This document shows positions 30,711-40,661 of a stretch of DNA of 64,000 bases, piece after piece. The notes under the pieces were generated by a model, which did no database searches, had not been told where the DNA came from, and was given only the letters and a program-made list of their open reading frames with translations. This DNA comes from Sedimentisphaerales bacterium (lineage in GTDB: Bacteria > Planctomycetota > Phycisphaerae > Sedimentisphaerales > Anaerobacaceae), in assembly GCA_963708075.1 (NCBI GenBank), contig OY970194.1:6400001-6464000 (forward strand). The letters run 5' to 3'. How positions within the stretch are numbered: the stretch's first letter is position 1; every line of letters starts with the position of its first letter. The position numbers were made by a program, and so were the translations under genes.

Positions 30711-33700
30711 TCACCTGCCGGAGGATAGCTCCTGCCGGCTTACGATGCCGTGCCAGAGATACCGGGTTGGATCGGGCCGAGAGCCCAGATGCAGGGTCAA
30801 TGTGCGGCCTTGCACCGTGGCATCGATGGCCGGGCCTCCGTCCATCCGGAGCGCCACCTGGCCGGGCATCGGCTCGGGTAACTCGACGGCCAGATCACGG
30901 TTTCCCAGTGAATAGATCCAGAGTTCGGACCTCGTGGCGTCGCCTTCGGCCACGAAGCTCACGCCCTCGTCGCCCATGTCCACAGTGCCGACGGATTTCA
31001 GGTTCGCCGCGATGACTCCCGGGGCCGTGGCTCTGAAGCCGTGGGAGGCAAGTTCGTATCCGCCGGAGAGCATCGGATGGCCGTTGAGATTCGCCACGAT
31101 TTCAACCGGCCCGTAAGTAGCCCGCAGGATGCCGTCGTCCTCAAGCGTGGGATTCGCGCCACGATCGTGGACAAAGGCCCGCACCGGCTCGCCCATGAAT
31201 CGCGAGCAGACGGATTTCTGCAATCGATCCAGCCAGAGGAGCCACTGGCGGGAGCTTGCCTGGTCCAGGGATGAAGCCCTGATGCGATAGCTCATATTGT
31301 AGCCCAATCCCAGCGTCCAGGCCAGCACTTCATTATCTGTGACAAACTGTCCGAGATCGTGATGCACCATCGCCGTCTTGTCATGCGCGATGTACTGGGC
31401 GAGCGGGAAGATCTCCCAGGTCTGCGGCGGAAAACGTTCTTTGAGGAACGTGCGCCAGGTCGGAGCGTTCTTCGTCGGGACAATCGACCATGTCATGCCG
31501 CACAGTTGCGACTCGTAATTGACGATGCGATCCCACCCGTTCTCCGTGGAGAGCGGCTTCTTGCGGCTGTCTTCGGCGACCATCGAGACGAGCCCTTCAC
31601 TATAGGCAAACGGCGTGGGAGACGCAGGATTCGTGTCGTACTGCCAGTCCCGGGCGCCGCACTGATCCTGGAACAGCACGTCGATGGGATAATCCTCCGT
31701 GAATTGATGGACAGTCAGGCGGTTGGCGGCCAGCACCGCCGGGTGCCAGTGGCAGACGGTATAGCCGTCGTTGGTGCCGTATCGTTCGTAGGAGAGAGAG
31801 CCGTCCAGACGCCGCAGAAGCGGGGCCTCGCCCTCGCGCACGAACGTCGGCCCCCGGGGATGATCGCACCACCAGGTCGGGTTGGTGTAGGGCATGACCA
31901 GGTGCCCCAGCTCGCGAGATCGTGAGAGCAACGCCTGAATGTCGGCGGGCGTGCCGAAGGCAGAATTCGGAGGCAGATGGTCCGGATACTCTTTGTCGAA
32001 GCCGCCCTTGAGGTAACGAGTGAAATGGATCAGCGATGGGGCGGGCACTTGATCCAGGTGTGTAAGCATGTCCCGGCACGTGCCGTCGAGAAAGACCAGC
32101 ACCGACTGCTTGAACGCCGCCAGGGTAGCCGCGGACATCTTCGATTCGAGGGAGCGCGTGATCTGATTCGCCTGGCAATAGGCGTTCAAGCCGTCCGCCG
32201 CCGAATGGCCCAGGATCAGGCGCACGACCGGCGATTGCCACTGACTGCCTCGACCGACGTAGGTCGCGAACGCTCGTTCGCAGTAGCCGCCGCGCTCATC
32301 GCCGCCCCAGGCGAGTCTGCCCGGAACGAAGATGGCTGCCGGATTGCCGGCACCATCCCAGGGTTGCCACTGCATCGGCTGGACTCCGTAGATCGAGGCG
32401 GAACCGGCGGACGCATCGAGATGCAGGAAGTCCGCGAAGGCGGGCGGGTATGGCGTCGCGTAGCTGTAGTACAAGGCGGGCCGCAGCTCGTAATAGAACG
32501 GATAGCCGCCGACCTCGAACCAGTTGCCGCCGGCTCGCACGTATCGCCCAACGGCGGCCACTGTCCCCGGCATACCTGTCTCCTCGAGCACGGGGGCGAA
32601 TTCTCCGTAGGGGTTGAGGATTGCGAGGAAGTCGGTGCCTGCGAGCGCATCGAGCATGGCGCGGGCGGTGCGGAGTTCGACCACCTGGAGCCCGGCTGCC
32701 TGGATGGCGGTCGAAGCCATGAGCCGGTCCCGCCAGTCGGTCACCGGCACGACGGTCCAACTGCCTGTCCGAGGCCCATTCTCCAGTGCCACCAACCCGA
32801 TTCTCGACCGGCCTGTCTGCGAGGTCGTGGCGAGGTGTTCAATGGCCGCGGTGACCAGGTCGATGGCCAGTTGCGCCTGGTCGGTCTCGACCCGGCCCCC
32901 AATGCGGAAAAAAGAGCCTCGTCTGCCCAAAGGAGTGCCGTAGAAATACGGCCCGTTTGGCGAATCGACGAGCACCAGTTCCGCCTGGTCCCGTGGCGGC
33001 GGGCGATTGACGATGGCGAGCTTGCCATCCCATCTGCCGGCAAGCTCATCGCCCAGCCACGTGCGGCCGTCCGCCGTGACACTGACAGGCACGGGTGGGT
33101 CGTTGTCGGTCCGCATTACCAGGCCGGTCCCGAAGAGGCTGATGTAGCCGCTCGATCCCGCAACCTGAGTCCGCCAGCCTACCGGGTGGTCGGCAGGTTG
33201 ACGCTCGAAGAACGCGGGGCGGAACGCCGCGCCCACTGACTCACTCGCATGCAGCGGGCAAACCAGCCGCTCCATCTGATCGGGGGCAAAACGTAGACGC
33301 GAGGGAAGGGCAAACTCAAGCACGGTCTTGCTCACCGGCTCCACCTCCGCCGTGAAGTCCAGGCCATCCGCACGCTCCGTGACAGTGACCGTCACCGCAA
33401 TATCGGCGCTGCTATAGCTCAGACGCAAAGTCTCGTCAGCGGTGTCTGCGGACCAGCGGAACTTCCGTGTCACCGAGTCGGCCGCGAAATCCGCCGCATT
33501 GACGTCGCCTCCTTCTTTATAGACCGCCTTCCATAAACCCTCTTCGCCGCTTTGAAGGATGCTGCTGCTCTTGCCATGCATCGTGACCGAGCGTATGGCT
33601 CCATTGACATCGTTGAACACAACGGCAAAGGCCTCGCCGGAAAACACGATCTCGCCCCCGCGATGCTCGACGGCGCCGGCGAAGGATGGAATACCTGTCA

Positions 33701-33755
33701 GCAGCAGCAGGACAATCACGACAACTCGTCCTGTGTCCCACCATAGGCATCTCAT
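30711..33755 (-). CDS. Large secreted protein, probable glycoside-hydrolase-like TIM barrel
   Basis: Signal peptide; FDKEYPDHLP...GHLVMPYTN...DVLFQDQ pattern; family assignment tentative. Confidence 0.6.
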   Translation of the reverse strand: MRCLWWDTGRVVVIVLLLLTGIPSFAGAVEHRGGEIVFSGEAFAVVFNDVNGAIRSVTMHGKSSSILQSGEEGLWKAVYKEGGDVNAADFAADSVTRKFRWSADTADETLRLSYSSADIAVTVTVTERADGLDFTAEVEPVSKTVLEFALPSRLRFAPDQMERLVCPLHASESVGAAFRPAFFERQPADHPVGWRTQVAGSSGYISLFGTGLVMRTDNDPPVPVSVTADGRTWLGDELAGRWDGKLAIVNRPPPRDQAELVLVDSPNGPYFYGTPLGRRGSFFRIGGRVETDQAQLAIDLVTAAIEHLATTSQTGRSRIGLVALENGPRTGSWTVVPVTDWRDRLMASTAIQAAGLQVVELRTARAMLDALAGTDFLAILNPYGEFAPVLEETGMPGTVAAVGRYVRAGGNWFEVGGYPFYYELRPALYYSYATPYPPAFADFLHLDASAGSASIYGVQPMQWQPWDGAGNPAAIFVPGRLAWGGDERGGYCERAFATYVGRGSQWQSPVVRLILGHSAADGLNAYCQANQITRSLESKMSAATLAAFKQSVLVFLDGTCRDMLTHLDQVPAPSLIHFTRYLKGGFDKEYPDHLPPNSAFGTPADIQALLSRSRELGHLVMPYTNPTWWCDHPRGPTFVREGEAPLLRRLDGSLSYERYGTNDGYTVCHWHPAVLAANRLTVHQFTEDYPIDVLFQDQCGARDWQYDTNPASPTPFAYSEGLVSMVAEDSRKKPLSTENGWDRIVNYESQLCGMTWSIVPTKNAPTWRTFLKERFPPQTWEIFPLAQYIAHDKTAMVHHDLGQFVTDNEVLAWTLGLGYNMSYRIRASSLDQASSRQWLLWLDRLQKSVCSRFMGEPVRAFVHDRGANPTLEDDGILRATYGPVEIVANLNGHPMLSGGYELASHGFRATAPGVIAANLKSVGTVDMGDEGVSFVAEGDATRSELWIYSLGNRDLAVELPEPMPGQVALRMDGGPAIDATVQGRTLTLHLGSRPDPTRYLWHGIVSRQELSSGR

Positions 33756-34081
33756 CTTCCGGAATATCTTGGCGGTGTCGAGGGTGTTAGCATCGTGTCG
33801 CAGGTGGAAGGCTTTCCCGATGGGGGCTGGCCCGGGCACGTTTCTGTATACTCGTAGTTCCGGTTTTGCGTTCATGCCTTGATTGTAGCCTCGGCGAGGC
33901 ACAACATCAATCTAAGGCAGGGGCGGTAGCTGAATTGCACGTCCTTCGTGGGGGTGTGATACATCCTGGCTTGAAGGCCTTCTCGCTCAGCGCGGATCCT
34001 GCGTGCTCGACCTGCGATTTGAAACTGTCCGGCACGTTCGGGGCCTCGCTGCCCACCACTTGCCGCCATCCTGTGTGGAGT

Positions 34082-34116
34082 AAGAAAAAGGCCCCGCCAT
34101 TGCCGCAGGGCCTTCC
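34082..34116 (-). terminator. Intrinsic terminator of the csp gene
   Basis: AAGGCCCTGC/GCGGGGCCTT stem followed by TTTCTT on the minus strand. Confidence 0.75.
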
Positions 34117-34137
34117 TATATTCAGATTCTCTTGGGC

Positions 34138-34341
34138 TTAGCTCGGGGTGACGTTGGTCGCGCACGGGCCTCTTTTGCCCTGCCCGACTTCAAAGTCGAC
34201 CGCCTGGCCCTCCGTGAGCGAGGCGTAGCCTTCAGTTTTGATCTGCGAGTGGTGGACGAACAAATCTGCGCCGCCGCCAGACGGACTGATGAAGCCGAAT
34301 CCCTTGCCTTCATTGAACCATTTCACTGTACCTTTTGCCAC
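34138..34341 (-). CDS. Cold-shock protein (CspA family)
   Basis: [25 protein letters not shown] start after AGGAG. Confidence 0.95.
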   Translation of the reverse strand: MAKGTVKWFNEGKGFGFISPSGGGADLFVHHSQIKTEGYASLTEGQAVDFEVGQGKRGPCATNVTPS

Positions 34342-34452
34342 GTGTTCTTCTCCTGAGGCCAATCCGGCCTGCAAACGTACTTTCCCTCGTGTTGTCGATC
34401 AGGGGTAAACTCCGAGGGAGGAAAGCATACTCCTTCATAAGACCTGCGTGCT

Positions 34453-34480
34453 ATTATCAGTCCGCCCTGAAATATGTCAA
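34453..34480 (-). promoter_or_regulatory. csp promoter, implying a ~105-nt 5' UTR
   Basis: TTGACA-N16-GATAAT with an AT-rich UP-like tract. Confidence 0.65.
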
Positions 34481-34771
34481 CAAAATAAATCGCAAAAATA
34501 CAGAATATTCGTGATCTTCCCCGGCCGGCCCCCCTTTTCCTGTCCACCGGCTCCGCGCAGGAGCGAACGGCTGTCACTGTGCTGCCGGGGCGGCGGTGCT
34601 TTCCTGTGCGGAGGCCTTGACTTCCTCCGGGGAACTGAGGGCATAGTCGATCATCTTCCTCGCGATTATACGATACCTGCGAAACACGTCAGGTAGTCCG
34701 CCGCCTTGTGAGGGTCGCTCGGTGAACTCTACGGGAGAACCGGCAGGGCGGCCACCGGAGAATCCGCGTGA

Positions 34772-35143
34772 TCAGTAGTTGTCTTCCGGCGTAAGCTCCA
34801 TAATGGCCGCCTTGCGGGTGTCATACGTGTCGAACTCGTCGTCGAGGCGCACACATTGGAGTTGCCATTTGAGATGGGGGGACACGCCGCACAAGACAAG
34901 GCGGTAACTCGACTCCTCGACCAGTCTTTGCAGATCCATCATGAGCCCATAGCTTGCGGTTTCCAGATTCGCCAGGTCGGTAAGATCCAGGACAACATGA
35001 GAATCCATATACTCGTCGCAGAGCCACTGAAGGTCGCCTTGCAGGCCATCCGCAGGCTCCTCACGAAGCCATACTTTGAAAGCGGAAGGCCCGTCTGCAA
35101 TCGTGACCACAATAACATCCAGAGAATACATTTCGACGGACAT
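34772..35143 (-). CDS. STAS domain (anti-sigma antagonist-like) protein
   Basis: VVLDLTDL...RLVLCGVSPH...LDDEF. Confidence 0.75.
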   Translation of the reverse strand: MSVEMYSLDVIVVTIADGPSAFKVWLREEPADGLQGDLQWLCDEYMDSHVVLDLTDLANLETASYGLMMDLQRLVEESSYRLVLCGVSPHLKWQLQCVRLDDEFDTYDTRKAAIMELTPEDNY

Positions 35144-35592
35144 AGTCGGCGATCCTTCCGTTCATGGAGACAAAAACAAGCGTCCTCGGTGGTCCCTGCC
35201 GCCGGCGTTCCTTGCCGCGACCGCGCAGAGGAGTCGAATTGTGCGCTCCGCCAGTTCCTCCGGGCACCGCTCCGGATGCAAGCCATGGAGAAGCCCAAGA
35301 GCGGCCTGCTCTGTAGACGTCAGGCCGGCAAAACGGTCACATGGCAGTCTTTCTCTGTTCGTGATGTAAGAAATCATGAGGTCCCTCGCATCTCCGGAGA
35401 GCGCTTGCTCGTATTGTGAGATCGGTTATTCATCACATGAGAATCCTTTCTGTGGCGTGTGCATGAACCATTATACCTGGAATGGGGGCGAGGTGTTTGT
35501 AAATAATCGATTTATCTTGGCCTTTTCGGCATTTTCCGCCAAGGATGGGATACGCCAGTTGAAAATATAGTGGAGGCGGAAAAGAAAAGAAC

Positions 35593-35620
35593 TTGCGTGG
35601 ACGCCGGAGGGCAGTATGAT
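35593..35620 (+). promoter_or_regulatory. Possible sigma70 promoter of the RRM gene
   Basis: TTGCGT-N16-TATGAT. Confidence 0.45.
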
Positions 35621-35793
35621 GGTAGTCATTGACTGTTATTCTGAACTTGGGATGATCGCCTGATGAAGCCTTGAAGCAACACTATTTGCAGTCGACAGCA
35701 TCGCCGGCCTCAAGACCCATCTCCCGCATCATTTCTCTTTGCGTATCACGCCTTTCACATACAGGGGTCCGATGGTAATGAAATGGGCACGGA

Positions 35794-36120
35794 ATGGATA
35801 TCTATGTGGGCAACCTGTCGAGTAATGTCACGGAGAGCGATCTTCGCGAGCTGTTCGAGTTGTTTGGCCGGGTGGAAAGAACGAACGTGGTAAAGCATTG
35901 TCATGGCAATGAATCCAGGAGATTTGGATTTGTGGGTATGCCGGCCAGAAGCGAGGCCATCTTCGCCGTTCTCAATGTCCATGGCAGGAACTTGAAAGGC
36001 CTCGCGATCACGGCCAACGAGGTCCACCCGAGGGATCCCGTTTCCGGGGCCTGCCGCGTTCGCTGCCACTGCCGCGACGCGAAATCAGCGACTGCATGTG
36101 CTCACCCCATCTTTCAGTAA
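35794..36120 (+). CDS. RNA-binding protein (RRM)
   Basis: IYVGNL (RNP2), RFGFVGM (RNP1). Confidence 0.88.
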   Translation: MDIYVGNLSSNVTESDLRELFELFGRVERTNVVKHCHGNESRRFGFVGMPARSEAIFAVLNVHGRNLKGLAITANEVHPRDPVSGACRVRCHCRDAKSATACAHPIFQ

Positions 36121-36138
36121 TGGGGGGAGGAGACACAA

Positions 36139-36765
36139 ATGATTCTTAGCTTTTTCACCAGGCAGTTCAATTTCTTCGATCGGTTTGAAGAACAGGTGGC
36201 TCATGCGGTGGAGGCGGCACGCTTTTTCAAGGAGGTGGTGGCCCAGGATCGCGTGAGTGAGGAAATGCTGAGCAAGATGGCCGAGATCGAGCATCAGGGG
36301 GACAATGCGGCGCACACGATCATCGAGCAGTTGAACCGAACGTTCATCACGCCGTTTGATCGGGAGGATATCCATGCTCTGGCGATGGAACTCGATGACA
36401 TCACGGACATGATCAATAACATCGTGAGCCGGCTCAGGGTTTACAATATCATCGGCGTGGACAGGAACATGGTGGAGTTCGCCGCCGTGATTGAACAGTC
36501 GGTGCAGGCGGTGGCCAAAGCCGTCGGTGGGCTGCGGCATATCAAAAACGTCCGGGTGGTCTTCGACGCCTGCGTGGAGGTCAACCGCCTGGAGAACGTC
36601 GGCGATGTGATGCGCGACCGGGTGCTGGCGGAGCTCTTTGCGACCACGAAGGACCCGATCGCCGTGCTCAAATGGAAGGACCTTTATCAAGACGCCGAAA
36701 CCGTGCTGGACGTCTGCGAAGACGTAGTCCACGTCGTTGATTCCATCATGGTCAAACAAGCATGA
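36139..36765 (+). CDS. DUF47 phosphate-transport regulator (PhoU-like)
   Basis: IEHQGD, LNRTFITPFDREDI, LENVGD; RBS GGAGG. Confidence 0.92.
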   Translation: MILSFFTRQFNFFDRFEEQVAHAVEAARFFKEVVAQDRVSEEMLSKMAEIEHQGDNAAHTIIEQLNRTFITPFDREDIHALAMELDDITDMINNIVSRLRVYNIIGVDRNMVEFAAVIEQSVQAVAKAVGGLRHIKNVRVVFDACVEVNRLENVGDVMRDRVLAELFATTKDPIAVLKWKDLYQDAETVLDVCEDVVHVVDSIMVKQA

Positions 36766-36926
36766 GCAAGCGTTTCGTCGTGCGGGCGTATGGCTGGAAC
36801 CAGGGGTCGTCCTGGATTGCTTTCAGGCACTCTTTGAGAGACAGGCCATGACAGATCCCCATCCACTCGCCCGCGTGCCTCAGCCAAGCGAGGTTGGAAC
36901 GGTTGGGGCTGCGGCACTCTATGCGG

Positions 36927-37338
36927 TTACTTCTTGTACGCGGCTTTGGGGTCGTAGACCTTTTGGGCGATGGGTGCGAGGGCGGTCTTGCTGTGGGGTT
37001 TCAGGGCCCGGTAGAAGCAGGACTGGTAGCCGACGTGGCACTGGCCTTGATCGACGGAGACTTTCAAGATCAGGCAGTCCTGGTCGCAGTCGACGAGGAT
37101 CTGGTGCACGGTCTGGACGTGGCCGCTTTCTTCGCCCTTCATCCAGAGCTTGCCTCGGGAGCGGCTGAAGTAGGTGGCCCGGCCGGTTCTCGATCGTGCG
37201 GTCGAGGGCCTCGCGATTCATCCAGGCGACCATGAGAACCTGACCGCTCTCGGCGTCCTGAGCGATGGCCGGGATCAGCCCCTGGGCGTCAAACTTCGGC
37301 GTAAACTGCAAACCTTCTTCTACCTGCTTCGATTCCAC
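36927..37338 (-). CDS. hisI: Phosphoribosyl-AMP cyclohydrolase, apparent +1 frameshift at 37185-37191
   Basis: [17 protein letters not shown] in one frame; [27 protein letters not shown] in the next. Confidence 0.92.
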
Positions 37339-37406
37339 CAGGATTCACCTCAGATCGAATTCCTTGTCGATAACACCTTGTCAGACCATGTTTTAGCAGC
37401 TATATT

Positions 37407-38462
37407 TTGGGTGGACAAGCCCTTTTTTGGAGATCGATGTTGTCGAAGGCCCAGGACGCCGGAAGGACCCGATATCTATCGCTGGCTGCTCGCATTATCG
37501 TTGCGGTGGTTGCGGTCGGCTGGGTCCTTCATGGCCAGGATTGGGCGAAACTGGGGCATGTGTTCCGGCGGCTGAACCTGTGGTACTTTGCGCTGGGTCT
37601 GACGGCTTTCACCGTTAATCAGTTGATCATTGCGTTTCGCTGGTGGCTGCTGCTGCGGGCCCAGGAGATCCATATCGCGGCGGGCCCTACTGTCCGCCTG
37701 CATTTTCTGGGACTTTTTTACAACAATGTCATGCCCGGAGCGATAGGGGGGGATTTGCTGAAGGCCTGGTACGTAACCAAGCACACGGACAAGCGTCTGG
37801 CGGGAGCGCTCAGCGTGGTTGTGGACCGCGTTATCGGACTGGTCGGGCTGGTCTTTATGGCGGTCTTCGCGTATCTCTTGTTTGTGCATCATCCCCTTGG
37901 CAGGCCGGGCGAGGCCAAGCCGGGGGGGGCAGGGGCGTGGCTTGGGCAGCACAAGAACCTCATCTTCTGGGTTTTCGTAGGAATTGTGGCCGTGCTGGTG
38001 ATTGTGTTTGTGCAACCGTATGGCCGGGCGAGGATCAGGCAGACGCTGAGGCGGGCGCTGCATCGGGGCGCCGATCTCCTGCGGGGAGCGAAGGATGCCG
38101 CCCTCGTCTATTGCTGCAAACCCCTGACGATACTTTGGACGATGCTGTTGACGTTTGCCGCCCAGAGCATCGTAATTGTCGCGTTTTGGCTACTGGGCGG
38201 CAATCTGGGGATCGATGCCACCCTGACGCACTACTTCGTCATCTTCCCGGTGACGTGGGTGGTTGGGGCGTTGCCGATCAGCGTCGCTGGGCTCGGCGTG
38301 GTCGAAGCTTCGACCGTCGAGTTGTTCGTCCGCATGACGGGTACGCCCGAAGAGAGTGCTTTCGCGTTGGTGCTTTGCCAGCGACTCATCTGGGTTGTGG
38401 CCTCCCTGCCGGGAGCGGTGGTGCATCTGCTTGGCGCCCATCTGCCGGGAGATTTGTGTTGA
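37407..38462 (+). CDS. Lysylphosphatidylglycerol synthase-TM / flippase-like membrane protein
   Basis: RWWLLL, FYNNVMPGAIGGD, VDRVIG, PISVAGLGVVE; start may be ATG 37437. Confidence 0.85.
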   Translation: MGGQALFWRSMLSKAQDAGRTRYLSLAARIIVAVVAVGWVLHGQDWAKLGHVFRRLNLWYFALGLTAFTVNQLIIAFRWWLLLRAQEIHIAAGPTVRLHFLGLFYNNVMPGAIGGDLLKAWYVTKHTDKRLAGALSVVVDRVIGLVGLVFMAVFAYLLFVHHPLGRPGEAKPGGAGAWLGQHKNLIFWVFVGIVAVLVIVFVQPYGRARIRQTLRRALHRGADLLRGAKDAALVYCCKPLTILWTMLLTFAAQSIVIVAFWLLGGNLGIDATLTHYFVIFPVTWVVGALPISVAGLGVVEASTVELFVRMTGTPEESAFALVLCQRLIWVVASLPGAVVHLLGAHLPGDLC

Positions 38463-38572
38463 CGGAGAAATTTGCGCAAGTTAAGTTACACACGTCGGAT
38501 AGGGACATGGTGGCCGGGGGGCGAACAGTGGTAAAGGACCGTTCGCCGGTGCCAGTAAAGGGCTATTACTGA

Positions 38573-39322
38573 GTGATAAACGTTACGCGTCGCTTTAAGA
38601 GCTACTTCCTGCGTGGCTTGGCGGTCTTGTTGCCGACGATGCTGACCATCTGGATCCTGGCGTGGGGCTACGGTCTGATCCAACGCAACGTCAGCAGCCA
38701 CATCAACACAGGCATCGTCAAGGCGCAGAAGTGGGTTTGGGCTCAGAGGCACGAGGGGATCTCCCAGGACGCGATCGATAAGTACGAAGAAAAGCTCAAC
38801 GAAAGATTCGTCAAGGGTTTTGCCGGCTCGGTTGTAGGCCTGCTGATCGCCATGCTGGCGGTCGTTTTGGTCGGGGCGCTTCTGGCCAGTGTGATGGGCA
38901 GGGCTCTGTGGGGCATCATTGAGGCATCGATCATGAATACGCCGGTCATACGGCGGGTGTATCCCTACGTCAAGCAGGTGACCGACTTCGTGTTGCCGCC
39001 CGAAGACCAGAAGCGGATGTTCTCGCAAGTGGTGGCGGTGGAGTACCCTCGCCCGGGACTCTGGGCCGTCGGGTTCGTCACCGGCTCGGGCTTGCGGAGA
39101 ATCTCCGAGAGCGAGCAGCAGGAGTTCCTGACGGTGCTGATCTCGACCTGCCCGACGCCTATCACCGGGCCCATCGTGGTTGTGCCCAAGGAGCAGGCGG
39201 TCCTGCTGGATATGACAGTCGAGGAAGCGGTTCGATTCGTCGTCAGTGCCGGCGTGGTCGTGCCGGACGGCGAGCATGTGATGGCTTTGCCCGCGGCTGT
39301 CGTCGAGCAGGAGAAACAGTGA
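38573..39322 (+). CDS. DUF502 domain membrane protein
   Basis: FLRGLAVLLP, VEYPRPG, GFVT, PTPITG. Confidence 0.9.
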   Translation: MINVTRRFKSYFLRGLAVLLPTMLTIWILAWGYGLIQRNVSSHINTGIVKAQKWVWAQRHEGISQDAIDKYEEKLNERFVKGFAGSVVGLLIAMLAVVLVGALLASVMGRALWGIIEASIMNTPVIRRVYPYVKQVTDFVLPPEDQKRMFSQVVAVEYPRPGLWAVGFVTGSGLRRISESEQQEFLTVLISTCPTPITGPIVVVPKEQAVLLDMTVEEAVRFVVSAGVVVPDGEHVMALPAAVVEQEKQ

Positions 39323-39355
39323 ACGTGCGATTATACTTGTTTAAGGAGACCCATC

Positions 39356-39679
39356 TTGCTTTTTACCATCACGGGTAAACACGTCAGTATCAGCGACGAC
39401 CTCCGAACCCGGGCCGAGGAAAAGACCTCGAAACTCCCGAGGTACTACAGCGGCATCAACCAGGTGGAGGTCATCGTGAACGGCAACGAGGGGGGCAAGA
39501 CAAGCGTGGAGGTGATCGCCCGTGGAGAGCACGGGAACGTCTTCGTGGCCACCGAGAAAGGCGATGGTGCTCTTCAGTGCATCGACTTGGCCGTACACAA
39601 GCTGGAGCAGCAGTTGCACAAGAAGAAGACGAAGGAACGAGACAACAAACACGTGGGCGGACGGGGGGCCGCCGAGTGA
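39356..39679 (+). CDS. hpf: Ribosome hibernation factor HPF/RaiA
   Basis: ITGKHV..S..LR...K..KL...IDLAVHKLEQQL; upstream of an EIIA gene. Confidence 0.88.
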   Translation: MLFTITGKHVSISDDLRTRAEEKTSKLPRYYSGINQVEVIVNGNEGGKTSVEVIARGEHGNVFVATEKGDGALQCIDLAVHKLEQQLHKKKTKERDNKHVGGRGAAE

Positions 39680-39752
39680 AGTGATTTCGCCGGGTGGGCC
39701 GGTAGCGCCTCGATCCCGGAAAGAGAAGGAAAGAAACAACCGGACGTTAAGG

Positions 39753-40226
39753 ATGAAATTCAAAGACTTTATCTGTTTCAAGGCGACCATCCCTGTGCTG
39801 AAGACCGCGGATCGGGACGGGGCGATCGGTGAGTTGATTTCCGCGCTCGTTGCTGCCGGCAAGCTGACGGCGGCGCAGGCCAAGGAGGTCACCAAGGCCG
39901 TGATCAAGCGGGAGAACGAGGCCAGCACCGGCATGGGCAAAGGCGTGGCCGTGCCGCACGTCAAGCACGCGGCCGCCAAGCAGGTCATCGGCGCCGTCGG
40001 TTTCAGTGCCGAGGGAATCGATTTCTCCGCGCTCGATGAACAGCCGGTCTACTCCGTGATCCTGCTGATCAGTCCCGTGGACAATCCCGACAAGCACCTG
40101 CAGGCAATGGAGAACGTGTTCAAACACCTCCAGAAGGAAAGATTCCGCAAGTTCCTGCGGCAATGTCGGACGCCCGAGGAGCTGGAGGACCTGCTGAACG
40201 AGGCCGATGAGAAGCCCTCATGGTGA
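39753..40226 (+). CDS. PTS EIIA (Ntr-like)
   Basis: KRENEASTGMGKGVAVPH; hpf-EIIA-HPr-EI context. Confidence 0.9.
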   Translation: MKFKDFICFKATIPVLKTADRDGAIGELISALVAAGKLTAAQAKEVTKAVIKRENEASTGMGKGVAVPHVKHAAAKQVIGAVGFSAEGIDFSALDEQPVYSVILLISPVDNPDKHLQAMENVFKHLQKERFRKFLRQCRTPEELEDLLNEADEKPSW

Positions 40227-40276
40227 TCCTGGCCGCGCGGAATGCAAAGCCTGGGATACACGCGGGAGACGGTACG

Positions 40277-40576
40277 TTGGGAAAACCGGTTTGCGAGAGG
40301 ATCGTTGAGATCAAGAACGCCGAGGGCCTTCACATGCGCCCTGCGCTGAAGTTCATCGACATCGCGAACCGGTACGGCTGCGACATCCGGGTCAGCAATG
40401 ACAAGATGACGGCCGACGGCAAAAGCATTATGGAGATGAGCATGCTGGCGGCGACCTACGGGACGCATCTGACGATCCGGGCCGAGGGCCCTGACGCCGA
40501 GCGGGCCGTCGGCGAATTGCAGGAGCTTGTCGAAGTCCGCATGTTCGACGAGCCGCCTCCGGAAGGTAAGAGGTGA
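40277..40576 (+). CDS. ptsH: HPr phosphocarrier
   Basis: NAEGLHMRPA, DGKSIM; TTG start after GGGAG (start uncertain). Confidence 0.9.
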   Translation: MGKPVCERIVEIKNAEGLHMRPALKFIDIANRYGCDIRVSNDKMTADGKSIMEMSMLAATYGTHLTIRAEGPDAERAVGELQELVEVRMFDEPPPEGKR

Positions 40577-40661
40577 GGTTCGGGAGAACAGACATTAGGC
40601 TCGCATTACTCCGGGAAATCCCAAAAACGATTTCCCTGGGGACGTGGCCTTGTTGGTGTGC

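Noticed and set aside
36927..37338. hisI and the other split genes as true pseudogenes or programmed ribosomal frameshifts
   Set aside because: Same one-base insertion in both orientations, with no other decay; a systematic sequencing artefact is more parsimonious
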